A model generated the notes under the pieces. That model saw nothing but the letters and a program-made list of their open reading frames with translations. It ran no database searches and was not told the origin of the DNA. Positions 36,779-45,233 of a stretch of 64,000 nt of DNA are shown here, in pieces (within the stretch, counting starts at the first letter, position 1; each line of letters opens with the position of its first letter). The position numbers and the translations under genes were made by a program. Source of the stretch: Sedimentibacter sp. (GTDB lineage: Bacteria; Bacillota; Clostridia; Tissierellales; Sedimentibacteraceae); contig DAMBZP010000008.1 in the NCBI GenBank assembly GCA_032059885.1, forward strand, positions 54,961 to 118,960, given 5' to 3'.

Positions 36779-38342
36779 CCTCTCCCTTTAACCATGTCCT
36801 GATAAGCTGAGCAGCTATTTCCGGATTTGACGCTGTAAACTCCTTCAACTGCTTTTTAATAACTTGTTCCTGTGTTTCCTGAACCTTTATTTCATCTTGT
36901 ATGTCTGCCCATGTGAAATCATCTGTAACTGCTGCTTCTGCATTTGCCGCAGCTGCTTCTGCATTTTTCTTCTTTCTTCTCTTGCTGAGTATCATGCTTA
37001 TTATAAATATAATTACAGCTATTACCGCCAGCGCTATTCCGCCGTATATCAGTATATCTCTCATCTGTATTCCCGGTACTTGTACATTTGGGCTGTCAGC
37101 CGGCACAGCCGGTGCATCCGGATCATAGAAAAGCAAATTATGCAGTGCAACATTCTCAGTCTTAATTCCTGAGGAAAAAGCGATAAGCTCTTTCACTTCC
37201 TGCAGTTCCTCATCTCTCATGCTTGCTTTATTTATTACAGCAGCCACGGTGAGATCCTCTATTTCACCCGGATTATGCTCTATCTGTTCCTTGAGCTGGC
37301 TTACCAGATATTTAATTGAGTTGGAATCTCTGAAATATATGTCATCCCCTTCAATAACAACACCCGGATAAGTTGGAACCTCAGAATTTGTTTCTGTTCC
37401 GGCTACTCCGCCTACGGTTTCACCCGGACCTGTTATCTCTCTTTCATTCTTTGTTTCGCTGGGAACGCCCTTTTTTGTTTCCTCATCGGGCATGTATTGT
37501 AACATCTCGCTTATTTTTTTATCAAAATTAATAGTGCATTTTGCAGAAACCTTAATATTTTCCGGTCCATAAATTTTTGCCAAAAATTCCGTTACTTCTC
37601 CTACAGTTTCTTTTTCAAATTCTTTTTCAACTTCCAGCTTCAGTTTAATTGTATTTGTCTGTTTCAATTCGTCACTTACAATAAGATTATTTCCATCCGT
37701 GTCAATAATAGCGACATTTTCTTCCTTTAAACCCTCGACGCTTTTAACCACCAGCTGCATAATTCCGTTTATTTGTGTCTGAGACAATGAATATCCGTTT
37801 GTGAGGTTTATCTTTACCGATGCAGAAGATTCATCCTTGCCTGATTCCCATGCAAAATTTTTCTTATCCGGAACATTTATTGTTACAATAGCTTCCTTAA
37901 CGCCGTTAATCGTCTTTATTGAATCCTGAAGTCTTTCCTGCAGCTGAAATATTTCATATTGCCTCTTCTCATAATCCGTTGTCATAAAATCAATGTTCTG
38001 AGTAAACACATCGTAATTTGTTCCGGTACGCGGGTGTCCTGATTGTGCAAGCTTCATTCTTAAAGAGCTTTCCTGATCTTCAGGTATCAATATTGTTCCA
38101 TCGCTTTCATATTTATAATCAACATTATTTTCCTGAAGTACCTTCATTACCTCTGATGTTTCTTTTTCATCAATTCCGCTGAAAAGAGCAACATATCCTT
38201 TATTATTCAATATGATTGTCAAAATTACTGCGAATATTAATATAGCAGATGCCGCTCCTATTGCAAGCTTTTTTGCTCTGCTGCTTAATTTTCCCCAAAA
38301 TTCTGTTATACTTTTCCAAATATTTTTAAATTGCTCTGCCAT
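36771..38342 (-). CDS. fliF: flagellar MS-ring protein FliF
   Basis: 523 aa. N-terminal TM, periplasmic ring domains, second TM (ILIYGGIALAVIAVIIFIISMIL) and a C-terminal FliG-binding tail. Confidence 0.93.
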   Translation of the reverse strand: MAEQFKNIWKSITEFWGKLSSRAKKLAIGAASAILIFAVILTIILNNKGYVALFSGIDEKETSEVMKVLQENNVDYKYESDGTILIPEDQESSLRMKLAQSGHPRTGTNYDVFTQNIDFMTTDYEKRQYEIFQLQERLQDSIKTINGVKEAIVTINVPDKKNFAWESGKDESSASVKINLTNGYSLSQTQINGIMQLVVKSVEGLKEENVAIIDTDGNNLIVSDELKQTNTIKLKLEVEKEFEKETVGEVTEFLAKIYGPENIKVSAKCTINFDKKISEMLQYMPDEETKKGVPSETKNEREITGPGETVGGVAGTETNSEVPTYPGVVIEGDDIYFRDSNSIKYLVSQLKEQIEHNPGEIEDLTVAAVINKASMRDEELQEVKELIAFSSGIKTENVALHNLLFYDPDAPAVPADSPNVQVPGIQMRDILIYGGIALAVIAVIIFIISMILSKRRKKKNAEAAAANAEAAVTDDFTWADIQDEIKVQETQEQVIKKQLKEFTASNPEIAAQLIRTWLKGEDE

Positions 38343-38374
38343 TTATAGCTCCTAAATTATGTACGTGAAATTTT

Positions 38375-38677
38375 TTAAACTCCCATACGCATTATTTCAT
38401 TATAAGCATCTAAAGCTTTATTTCTAAGCTGTATAACCAAATCCAGAGACATCTCAGCTTTTTGTGCATTTATCATTAAATTATGCAAATCATCACTTTG
38501 CCCTGTGGAAAGCTCATAAATATCTTGGTCAACCTTAGCCTCAGACTCCAGATAGTTATTAAATGCATCATCAAATATAGATTTGAACAAAAACTTATTC
38601 TTGCTTTCTCCTGTAGTCTTAACTGCCTCATTGGACTGATTTATTCCTTTTATTGGCTGAATAGGTTCAATAAACAT
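38375..38677 (-). CDS. fliE: flagellar hook-basal body protein FliE
   Basis: 100 aa. LHNLMINAQKAEMSLDLVIQLRNKALDAYNEIMRM C-terminus. Confidence 0.9.
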   Translation of the reverse strand: MFIEPIQPIKGINQSNEAVKTTGESKNKFLFKSIFDDAFNNYLESEAKVDQDIYELSTGQSDDLHNLMINAQKAEMSLDLVIQLRNKALDAYNEIMRMGV

Positions 38678-38679
38678 TC

Positions 38680-39114
38680 TTACCTCCCGATTTCCAGCGC
38701 TTTCAACGCCATTTGCTTAGTCGTGTTCAGTGCTGTTATATTTGCCTGATAAGCCCTGTAGGCCTCCATCATATCAACTGTTTCCTTAAGTGTGTCTACA
38801 TTGGGCATATTTACATATCCGTTTTCATCCGCATCAGGATGCTCAGGATTGTACACAAGCTTGAATTCGCTCTCATCTTCCACTATTCCTGAAACCTCAA
38901 CTCCTCCGGCTTCGTATCCGCTGATGTTTTTCATCATCATGTTTTTAAAATTTCCTGAGGTTGACGACAGCACAACCATTTTCCTTCTGTATGCTCCTCC
39001 GTTTTCAGTCCTCGTTGTATCCTGATTTGCAATATTCTCTGATATTACATCCATTCTGAATCTCTGGGCGGTAAGACCTGAACCGCTTATATTAAGTGAT
39101 TGTAAAAAAGACAT
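38680..39114 (-). CDS. flgC: flagellar basal-body rod protein FlgC
   Basis: 144 aa. SGSGLTAQRFRMDVISENIAN and MMEAYRAYQANITALNT motifs. Confidence 0.95.
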   Translation of the reverse strand: MSFLQSLNISGSGLTAQRFRMDVISENIANQDTTRTENGGAYRRKMVVLSSTSGNFKNMMMKNISGYEAGGVEVSGIVEDESEFKLVYNPEHPDADENGYVNMPNVDTLKETVDMMEAYRAYQANITALNTTKQMALKALEIGR

Positions 39115-39129
39115 TTTATCCCTCCCTGA

Positions 39130-39516
39130 TTATTTTTTCCCTTCGGAAATTACTGATTTAAGTTTGGAAAAATAAGAATTAACTTCTGTTACAGTATACA
39201 TGTATTGAAATTGTGTCTTTGCCAGCTGTAGGTTTTCTTTTTCGAAGTCAACATTATTTCCATCAAGTCTTAAAGATTGGTTTTCATTTTCCTTGACGAG
39301 AATATTGCTGGAATCAATTTGCTGATTTATTTCTGATTTGGTGTTTGCGGAGTTATTCAAATTTGCTTTGAGAAGATTTTCGAATTCAACAAATTTGCTT
39401 TTATACCCTGGTGTAGAATAGTTTGCTATGTTTTCCATGTTTACTTGCTGCCTGAGCCATAGCCCGTTCAGACTCTTGTTAAGCAGATTAAGATTTGTGC
39501 TTTCAATAATTTTCAT
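39130..39516 (-). CDS. flgB: flagellar basal-body rod protein FlgB
   Basis: 128 aa. LRQQVNMENIANYSTPGYK motif. It is the first gene after the leader. Confidence 0.9.
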   Translation of the reverse strand: MKIIESTNLNLLNKSLNGLWLRQQVNMENIANYSTPGYKSKFVEFENLLKANLNNSANTKSEINQQIDSSNILVKENENQSLRLDGNNVDFEKENLQLAKTQFQYMYTVTEVNSYFSKLKSVISEGKK

Positions 39517-39540
39517 TTTATCCCCCTGACAAAAAATTGG

Positions 39541-39591
39541 AAAAAAAATATATAATTCATTATAGTCGCCATACGCATAATAAATTATATA
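39541..39591 (-). terminator. intrinsic terminator in the flgB leader (riboswitch expression platform)
   Basis: Minus-strand RNA reads UAUAUAAUUUAUUAU-(13 nt loop)-AUAAUGAAUUAUAUA. The stem is 15 bp including one G-U and is followed by U8 (39541-39548). It lies between the aptamer and the flgB RBS. Confidence 0.7.
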
Positions 39592-39609
39592 CTTAAATAT
39601 ATAAGCTTA

Positions 39610-39697
39610 TCGTTGGCAACTGGCTACCGTAGTTTCCCTTAGGCCCTATAGTTTTGTGTCACTGCCTTTCGACAGTTTTACCTTTTTCAATTGATGG
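39610..39697 (-). promoter_or_regulatory. c-di-GMP-I (GEMM-I)-like riboswitch aptamer in the flgB leader
   Basis: Minus-strand RNA reads CAAUUGAAAAAGGUAAAACUGUCGAAAGGCAGUGACACAAAACUAUAGGGCCUAAGGGAAACUACGGUAGCCAGUUGCC. P1 is CAAUUG/CAGUUG. One hairpin, ACUGUC-GAAA-GGCAGU, carries a GNRA loop. GGUAAAAC, GACACAAAAC, GGCCUAAG and ACGGUAGCC line up with Vc2-type GGCAAACC, GACGCAAAGC, GGCCUAAA and CCGGUAGG. C. difficile has a GEMM-I element upstream of flgB. Confidence 0.75.
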
Positions 39698-39728
39698 GTA
39701 TTTATTAATATTTCTTTAACACAAGTGT

Positions 39729-39757
39729 ATTATAATTGAAAATATTACAAAATGCAA
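39729..39757 (-). promoter_or_regulatory. sigma-A-type promoter of the flgB operon
   Basis: Minus strand reads TTGCAT-N17-TATAAT, about 30 nt upstream of the aptamer. Confidence 0.7.
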
Positions 39758-39918
39758 GACTTTTTGACAAATTCCGATATATTTTTTTAAGATAATAAAT
39801 CCCATTATATGTATATTTAATCATTGATTTTAAAGATATTTTAAGCATTTTACAATGTATTTGTTAAAATCAGTTATGCATAAATTTACAAACCTATTTT
39901 TTGAGCCTATAAATTCTT

Positions 39919-39954
39919 AAAAAAAAAGTAAAATAATCTTAAAATTATTTTACT
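39919..39954 (-). terminator. rho-independent terminator after csrA
   Basis: AGUAAAAUAAU-UUUAAG-AUUAUUUUACU, a perfect 11 bp stem overlapping the stop codon, followed by U8. Confidence 0.8.
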
Positions 39955-40186
39955 TTTCTGAGCTTTTTAATTTGCTTTTTATATTATTCAGGCTGTTCTT
40001 ATCTATTTTTTCGGAAGCAGTAATATTAAATTCACATGTCTCTGCCAGTTCTTTTCTTGTTATTTTTATTTCTTTAGGAGCATTGATTGCTATCTTTACC
40101 TTGTCCTGAGAAATCTCTGAAATAATAATCTCAATGTCATCGCCGATCATTATGGATTCTGATACCTTTCTTTTTATAACAAGCAT
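39950..40186 (-). CDS. csrA: carbon storage regulator CsrA
   Basis: 78 aa. MLVIKRKVSESIMIGDDIEI...KVKIAINAPKEIKITRKE is the canonical CsrA fold sequence. Confidence 0.95.
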   Translation of the reverse strand: MLVIKRKVSESIMIGDDIEIIISEISQDKVKIAINAPKEIKITRKELAETCEFNITASEKIDKNSLNNIKSKLKSSEK

Positions 40187-40635
40187 CTTTTATCCTCCTC
40201 ATCGGAGAGGATATTGTGTCTCAGCGGATAAGCGTTCTGCAGTATGACCTGCTTTGCTTCCTTGGTTTCAGGATTAATGGCAACAGGACTCTTTAAATTG
40301 ACCACCGATTCCTTGACGTCCTCTCTTATTATGGCAATAACAAGATATTTTAAATCTGCTTCGTTTTTTACACCAAGCTCATCCAGATCTTCTTCATTCA
40401 AAGCCGGCTCATAATTTCTTAATATTGTGTATGGGTCAATAAGCACAAATGATAAATCGGTATTATCAAGTGATTGAAGAAACATTACATCATCTTCAGG
40501 ACTATCCTTTAATATCACATAGCTTTTATAATCGTCAAACCCGTACATGCCGCTTGTAAAGCTTATGACATCCTCGGGCCTGACTGTTATTTCTCCAAAA
40601 TCCCTGGTCTTTATATTTAATTCTTTATCAGGCAA
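40174..40635 (-). CDS. fliW: flagellar assembly factor FliW
   Basis: 153 aa. FGEITVRPEDVISFTSGMYGFDDYKSYVIL and NLKSPVAINPETKEAKQVIL patterns. It pairs with csrA. TTG start. Confidence 0.9.
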   Translation of the reverse strand: MPDKELNIKTRDFGEITVRPEDVISFTSGMYGFDDYKSYVILKDSPEDDVMFLQSLDNTDLSFVLIDPYTILRNYEPALNEEDLDELGVKNEADLKYLVIAIIREDVKESVVNLKSPVAINPETKEAKQVILQNAYPLRHNILSDEEDKRCLL

Positions 40636-41236
40636 ATGTATCTATCTCCTTATATTCAGGATCGGCACTCGGTGGAATATAAATAGGCTTACCTATATAA
40701 TTCACTTCAATCCTGGGGTATTCCTTTATGATGAGCTCTATGCTCCCGGGAGTGAACTCTATGCGTGGTCTTTCAATATTCCAGTCAAAATCAAGTCTGT
40801 CCATTTCAAAATTCATTGATATTCCTCCGATATCCCAGGAAATATCAGGTCCGACACCGGGAGCAAACCCGAGATTGAAGTCAACATCACTAAAAAACTT
40901 CCTCATTGCTATTTCAGGAATTGGATTATCCATAAAGTCAACATCAAGCATGAGGTTGCCTTCTCTGGCGTATGATGCTGTAGCTTCATATGCAGCCTGC
41001 ACTCCCTTTTGTGCAATATCAGAAACAGAACGCATAGCGCTTTTTATTCCTGCAGAATATCTGGCCTCTATTGTGTCTATATTTAATCTGGTAGGCCTCA
41101 TCTGCATCTGGAGACCACCCTTGTCTCTCTTAAGTTCAAATGTTGCATCAGTTGTCGCTAATTCATAGCGCGCATTATTAATTTTAAGTTCAAAGGACAT
41201 AGGAACGGTTTTTATCTCTAAAAGCGGTTCTATCAT
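40628..41236 (-). CDS. conserved hypothetical protein in the YviE position (between flgL and fliW)
   Basis: 202 aa. Assignment by synteny with the Bacillus flgK-flgL-yviE-fliW-csrA order. No motif that I can name with certainty. Confidence 0.5.
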   Translation of the reverse strand: MIEPLLEIKTVPMSFELKINNARYELATTDATFELKRDKGGLQMQMRPTRLNIDTIEARYSAGIKSAMRSVSDIAQKGVQAAYEATASYAREGNLMLDVDFMDNPIPEIAMRKFFSDVDFNLGFAPGVGPDISWDIGGISMNFEMDRLDFDWNIERPRIEFTPGSIELIIKEYPRIEVNYIGKPIYIPPSADPEYKEIDTFA

Positions 41237-41248
41237 GGCTGTCTCCTC

Positions 41249-42262
41249 CTATTTCATAAAATCTATAAAGCTGTTTTCAAGTATTCTGTTGCCCATGGAC
41301 AGAGCAGCATTGTAAGCATAACGCTGCATGCTGAAATCAAGTATTGCTTCTGCTGAATCCACGTATTCAACATCAAGTATTTTTTCATTTAAATTGTCCT
41401 GATTGCTTATATTTCGTGTGTTTAAAAACTCCAGATAATTTGTCTTCGCCCCTATGTCTGTTGCATTTACAAGAACCTGTTTTTTCTGTTCTTCATATTT
41501 TTCTATATAAGGAGATATTTCATCTAAAGAGAAATCAGAGTCTCTCAATTTTTCTTTTATTTTCCCTATCAAGGAATAAAGGTCATTGGGAATTTCATCT
41601 CCTGATGGTGAAGTGGCGGTATCCTTTCCGTAGCCCATAAATTTTATACCAGCCATAGACATATTGAAAACTGTATCTTGATTCACTTCACCGGTAGTCG
41701 GGTCAAATTTCATTCCAAGCCCCAAGTCAACATTTATTGTTTGTTCGGAAAGTTCCTTAAAAGTAGTATCGTCCATATCCTTTACAGATATTCCCTTATA
41801 ACATAAATTTCCGTTGCTGTCCAAGGTGAACGGGATTTCATCCCTGTTGGTTCCTCCAAAGACATACTTATCCTCAAACTTTGCATTAAGACATGTAAGC
41901 ACAGACTGCTGAAGGTTGTCAAGCTCCTTTGCACATGCCTCTCTGGCCTCGGAATCCATTGTTCCGGTAATTCCCCTGAGATAAGTGGTGTATATTTTAT
42001 CCATGTTGTTGCTTATTTCCATAAGATTTGTTTCCGCCGAAGTATAAAAGGACTCAACATCTCCTATGCTGGAATCATACATTTCAGTCAGTCTGTATTC
42101 TCTCCTGAGCTTGTACGCCTTTATAGCACCAACCGGATCCTCTGAACCGGTGAAAAATTTTCTTCCGGTGCTTACCCTGTCATGGAGATAGTACAGCTCT
42201 TCGGCTGATTTTCCTAAGTTTCTGACATATTTGTTTGACATCATTCCTGTTGTTACTCTCAT
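41249..42262 (-). CDS. flgL: flagellar hook-associated protein 3 FlgL
   Basis: 337 aa with flagellin-like N and C termini (MRVTTGMMSNKYVRNL...; AILDFSMQRYAYNAALSMGNRIL). Confidence 0.9.
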   Translation of the reverse strand: MRVTTGMMSNKYVRNLGKSAEELYYLHDRVSTGRKFFTGSEDPVGAIKAYKLRREYRLTEMYDSSIGDVESFYTSAETNLMEISNNMDKIYTTYLRGITGTMDSEAREACAKELDNLQQSVLTCLNAKFEDKYVFGGTNRDEIPFTLDSNGNLCYKGISVKDMDDTTFKELSEQTINVDLGLGMKFDPTTGEVNQDTVFNMSMAGIKFMGYGKDTATSPSGDEIPNDLYSLIGKIKEKLRDSDFSLDEISPYIEKYEEQKKQVLVNATDIGAKTNYLEFLNTRNISNQDNLNEKILDVEYVDSAEAILDFSMQRYAYNAALSMGNRILENSFIDFMK

Positions 42263-42272
42263 ATTATCACCT

Positions 42273-43889
42273 CTATACTGCCATTTTGTTAATTAAGGTA
42301 TCAAGCATGTCATCCAGCACGGTCATAAGCCTGGCGGCCGCATTGTAGGACTTGCTGTATTGAAGCAGGTTGACTCCCTCTTCGTTTAAATCCACCGACG
42401 ACATGCTGCTTCTTGCATAATCCAGCTGAAACTGCGCTTCTGAATATGTGTCGTATGAAGTTTGTACATCCGCTTTTTGCAAATTCAGTGTTGTTATTGT
42501 ATTAGTAAGAAATTGCTGAAAATTTCCTTTAAACAGGGATTTGCCATCCTGAGTCTTAAATTCATGATCAATATTAAACAAATTTATCATTCTGAGTATA
42601 TTATCCGTTGCTCCGGTCGTATCATCCTCAGCTCCTGACTTTTCAACTGTCGTGTTGGTTATGTATGAATCCACAGACTCTGCCCAGTCATCTGAAATCT
42701 TAATGTTTCCGGCTGTTATAGCCGGATCGCCTCCTCTTGCCTCGAAAAGAGGTTTATCTGTCCAAATTACTTCTCCTGCTGCGTCTACTTTATGCTTTCC
42801 CGTTAACGGGTCAATTTCAGGAGCTTTATTCAATTTGTTCATCTCTTCTGCAAACTTATTTGCAAGTGTGTCCAGCATACTCTTATAGTATAAAACACCT
42901 TGAGATTTTTCAAAGCTGTCAGCTCCGGCGGCAGCAAAATCACCTTTTCCGTTTAAAAATTTCAGATAGCCTTCTATCTGACCTCCGGCTATTTTTGAAT
43001 TGAAGTCAGAACTTGTATTTCCTTTCGCATCCGTAAACTCCAATACAACTTTGTCTTCGGTTGTAAGAGTTTTATTTATATCAAGCTTTCCCTTCTTGTC
43101 ATTATCAACAAGCTTGATTTTATTTCCATCCACATCTGTCTGTCCTCTCAATACAATGGACAGCTCGTCAATAGTCCTGCCTCCGCCAATAGATACAGGA
43201 GTAGTAACAACTTCTATATCCATATAATCAGCAAGCTTGTCTATAAGCAGATTTCTCTGGTCATTCAGCTCCAAAGCCGGATTACCGCTTAGGTTGTCCT
43301 CTCTTATCTGCTTGTTCAGCTTCGCTATGTTGTCCATAAGCTGATTAACTTCTACTATGGCTCCGTCCTCCAGATAATCCATCTGCTGATCTCTTACTGT
43401 ATCTATCTGGTTGGAGTAATTGTTGAACATCTGTGTAAGCATTTGAGCCGAGGTACGGACAACACCTTCAAATACCGGGTCTGATGGATTCGACATTAAT
43501 GAACGAATCTGCTCAAGCAAATGAGAAAACTGCTCGTTAATTTTATCTGTATTAATCTCATCCATTATTTTTTCCAGGTCACCCAACGCCTCCGACTGCA
43601 CCTGTTCGCTGCCTGACTTGGCAGCTTGTGTTCTGTATCTAAGGTCAAGAAACGCATCTCTGTATTGGCTTGTTCCGTTTGCCTGAACACCCTGTCCTAT
43701 AACTACGCCTGTCGGTCCAAATTTTATTCTGCTTGTATTGAAGCCCAGAGAGGTTGTATCAAGCCTCTGCCTTGTATAACCCTCTGTATTAATATTTGCC
43801 ATGTTCTGCCCTATAACATCCATCACACTTTGGTTTACTTTCAATCCGCTGCTTGCGGTTCTGAATCCTAAAAAAGTCGGTCTAAGCAT
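42273..43889 (-). CDS. flgK: flagellar hook-associated protein 1 FlgK
   Basis: 538 aa. GFRTASSGLKVNQSVMDVIGQNMANINTEGYTRQR N-terminus and VDLNEEGVNLLQYSKSYNAAARLMTVLDDML C-terminus. Confidence 0.93.
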   Translation of the reverse strand: MLRPTFLGFRTASSGLKVNQSVMDVIGQNMANINTEGYTRQRLDTTSLGFNTSRIKFGPTGVVIGQGVQANGTSQYRDAFLDLRYRTQAAKSGSEQVQSEALGDLEKIMDEINTDKINEQFSHLLEQIRSLMSNPSDPVFEGVVRTSAQMLTQMFNNYSNQIDTVRDQQMDYLEDGAIVEVNQLMDNIAKLNKQIREDNLSGNPALELNDQRNLLIDKLADYMDIEVVTTPVSIGGGRTIDELSIVLRGQTDVDGNKIKLVDNDKKGKLDINKTLTTEDKVVLEFTDAKGNTSSDFNSKIAGGQIEGYLKFLNGKGDFAAAGADSFEKSQGVLYYKSMLDTLANKFAEEMNKLNKAPEIDPLTGKHKVDAAGEVIWTDKPLFEARGGDPAITAGNIKISDDWAESVDSYITNTTVEKSGAEDDTTGATDNILRMINLFNIDHEFKTQDGKSLFKGNFQQFLTNTITTLNLQKADVQTSYDTYSEAQFQLDYARSSMSSVDLNEEGVNLLQYSKSYNAAARLMTVLDDMLDTLINKMAV

Positions 43890-43923
43890 ATTCTTCTCCT
43901 TACAATTTCGATATATTTTCTTA

Positions 43924-44382
43924 CTATATTTTCTTGGAAATCATCAGGCTTTTAGCACTGCCGTTTTTATGTTCCGTATCCGTATATGTGTTTTCCTTTT
44001 CTCCCAGTTCATTAAGAGCATTATCAACTCTTCGAAGCCTTACTTCAATCAAAGTCCTGCACATTCCGTTTATTTTTTTTACTTCCTTTAATAATTCATT
44101 AAGTTCATTATAGGCATCATTCAGCATAGTTTTTTCTTCGCCTTGAGACATGTCTATTATTTCACGAAGAGTCTTTCCTTCGAGGCCCTTTTTTTCCAGC
44201 ATTTTTTCTCTTTTTTGCTCATTGCCCCTCATTTTCATGTAATAGGCCTGTTCCTTTGCGACTATATCATCCAATGTTTTAATGTCAGCTTTAATAACCG
44301 CGTCATACTTTTCATATTCCAAGTCTAAAAGATTACTGTACAGTTGAGTGCCTTCTTTGAGAAAATCATACAATAAGTTCAT
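43924..44382 (-). CDS. flgN: FlgN-family flagellar chaperone
   Basis: It sits between flgM and flgK. Helical, LLDLEYEKYDAVIKADIKTLDDIVAKEQ. ATG at 44382 follows GAGGTGG, so I prefer it over the longer ORF-track start at 44427, which overlaps flgM. Confidence 0.7.
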   Translation of the reverse strand: MNLLYDFLKEGTQLYSNLLDLEYEKYDAVIKADIKTLDDIVAKEQAYYMKMRGNEQKREKMLEKKGLEGKTLREIIDMSQGEEKTMLNDAYNELNELLKEVKKINGMCRTLIEVRLRRVDNALNELGEKENTYTDTEHKNGSAKSLMISKKI

Positions 44383-44392
44383 ATGCCACCTC

Positions 44393-44671
44393 TTAACTAA
44401 GCATTTTTCGGGCAATTTCTTCCACATCTATACTATAGCATTCATTATCAATACTATTTTTGATTTTCATCAGCTTATCTGTCCTTGTTTCTTTGTTAAT
44501 ATCAGAAACAATATTTCTTTTTACAGATGCAATGTCTGACCCGGCTTCACCCTCGGTCTTGCTTTTGATATCTATTACATCATATTTTTTTGATTTCACA
44601 GCCTCTCCGTTCTTAATTGACTTTGAGCTGTGATTATACCCCATATAGTTGTTAATATTATGGATTTTCAT
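44393..44671 (-). CDS. flgM: anti-sigma-28 factor FlgM
   Basis: 92 aa. C-terminal KLMKIKNSIDNECYSIDVEEIARKML matches the FlgM sigma-28-binding helices. Confidence 0.85.
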   Translation of the reverse strand: MKIHNINNYMGYNHSSKSIKNGEAVKSKKYDVIDIKSKTEGEAGSDIASVKRNIVSDINKETRTDKLMKIKNSIDNECYSIDVEEIARKMLS

Positions 44672-44741
44672 AAAAATTACCCCTGTTCATATATTCTATA
44701 GTAATATTCGTCATTAATTTAAAAAAATTCAGTCCGATTTG

Positions 44742-45230
44742 TTATGACATATTCATTATTCTTTCTTCATCCAAAATCAGAAGCACCTCGCTGCTTTTCT
44801 GACCCTTTGCCACACCTCTTACAAAGCTGTTTTTATACAGCTTTCGTATTTCTTCAGTTTCCTCAAAAACAGTTATATTTTCCACTGATAAAACCTCATC
44901 TACGATAAAACCTGCAAAGGTATTATCTTTTTCCAATACAATAACCATTTTCTTTTCTTCATCCGCTGCGGACTCATCTCTTTCAGTTCCGGTTTCAATT
45001 CCAAACAGCACTTTAAGGTTTATAAGCGGAACAACATTTCCTCTCAAATGTATGAGCCCGGACATATAGTCTGCAACATTGGGAACAAAAGTAACCACTT
45101 CCGGCATTATAACTATTGAGGTTATCAGCTTGCTGTTCACCGTATACATATTGTCGTTCAGCTTGAATATTAACCACGGAAAATCAATTTCTTCCATAAC
45201 TTCATCTACATCATAGCTCATTTCAACCAC
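44742..45230 (-). CDS. cheW: chemotaxis coupling protein CheW
   Basis: 162 aa. GLIHLRGNVVPLINLKVLFG and FAGFIVDEVLSVENI CheW motifs. Confidence 0.9.
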   Translation of the reverse strand: MVEMSYDVDEVMEEIDFPWLIFKLNDNMYTVNSKLITSIVIMPEVVTFVPNVADYMSGLIHLRGNVVPLINLKVLFGIETGTERDESAADEEKKMVIVLEKDNTFAGFIVDEVLSVENITVFEETEEIRKLYKNSFVRGVAKGQKSSEVLLILDEERIMNMS

Positions 45231-45233
45231 TCC

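Noticed and set aside
39764-39800. Plus-strand TTGACA-N18-TAAGAT (with an internal TCCGATAT) that would drive an antisense RNA into csrA.
   Set aside because: The -10 box is poor and the spacer non-optimal. AT-rich intergenic DNA produces such matches by chance, and no downstream plus-strand feature supports it.
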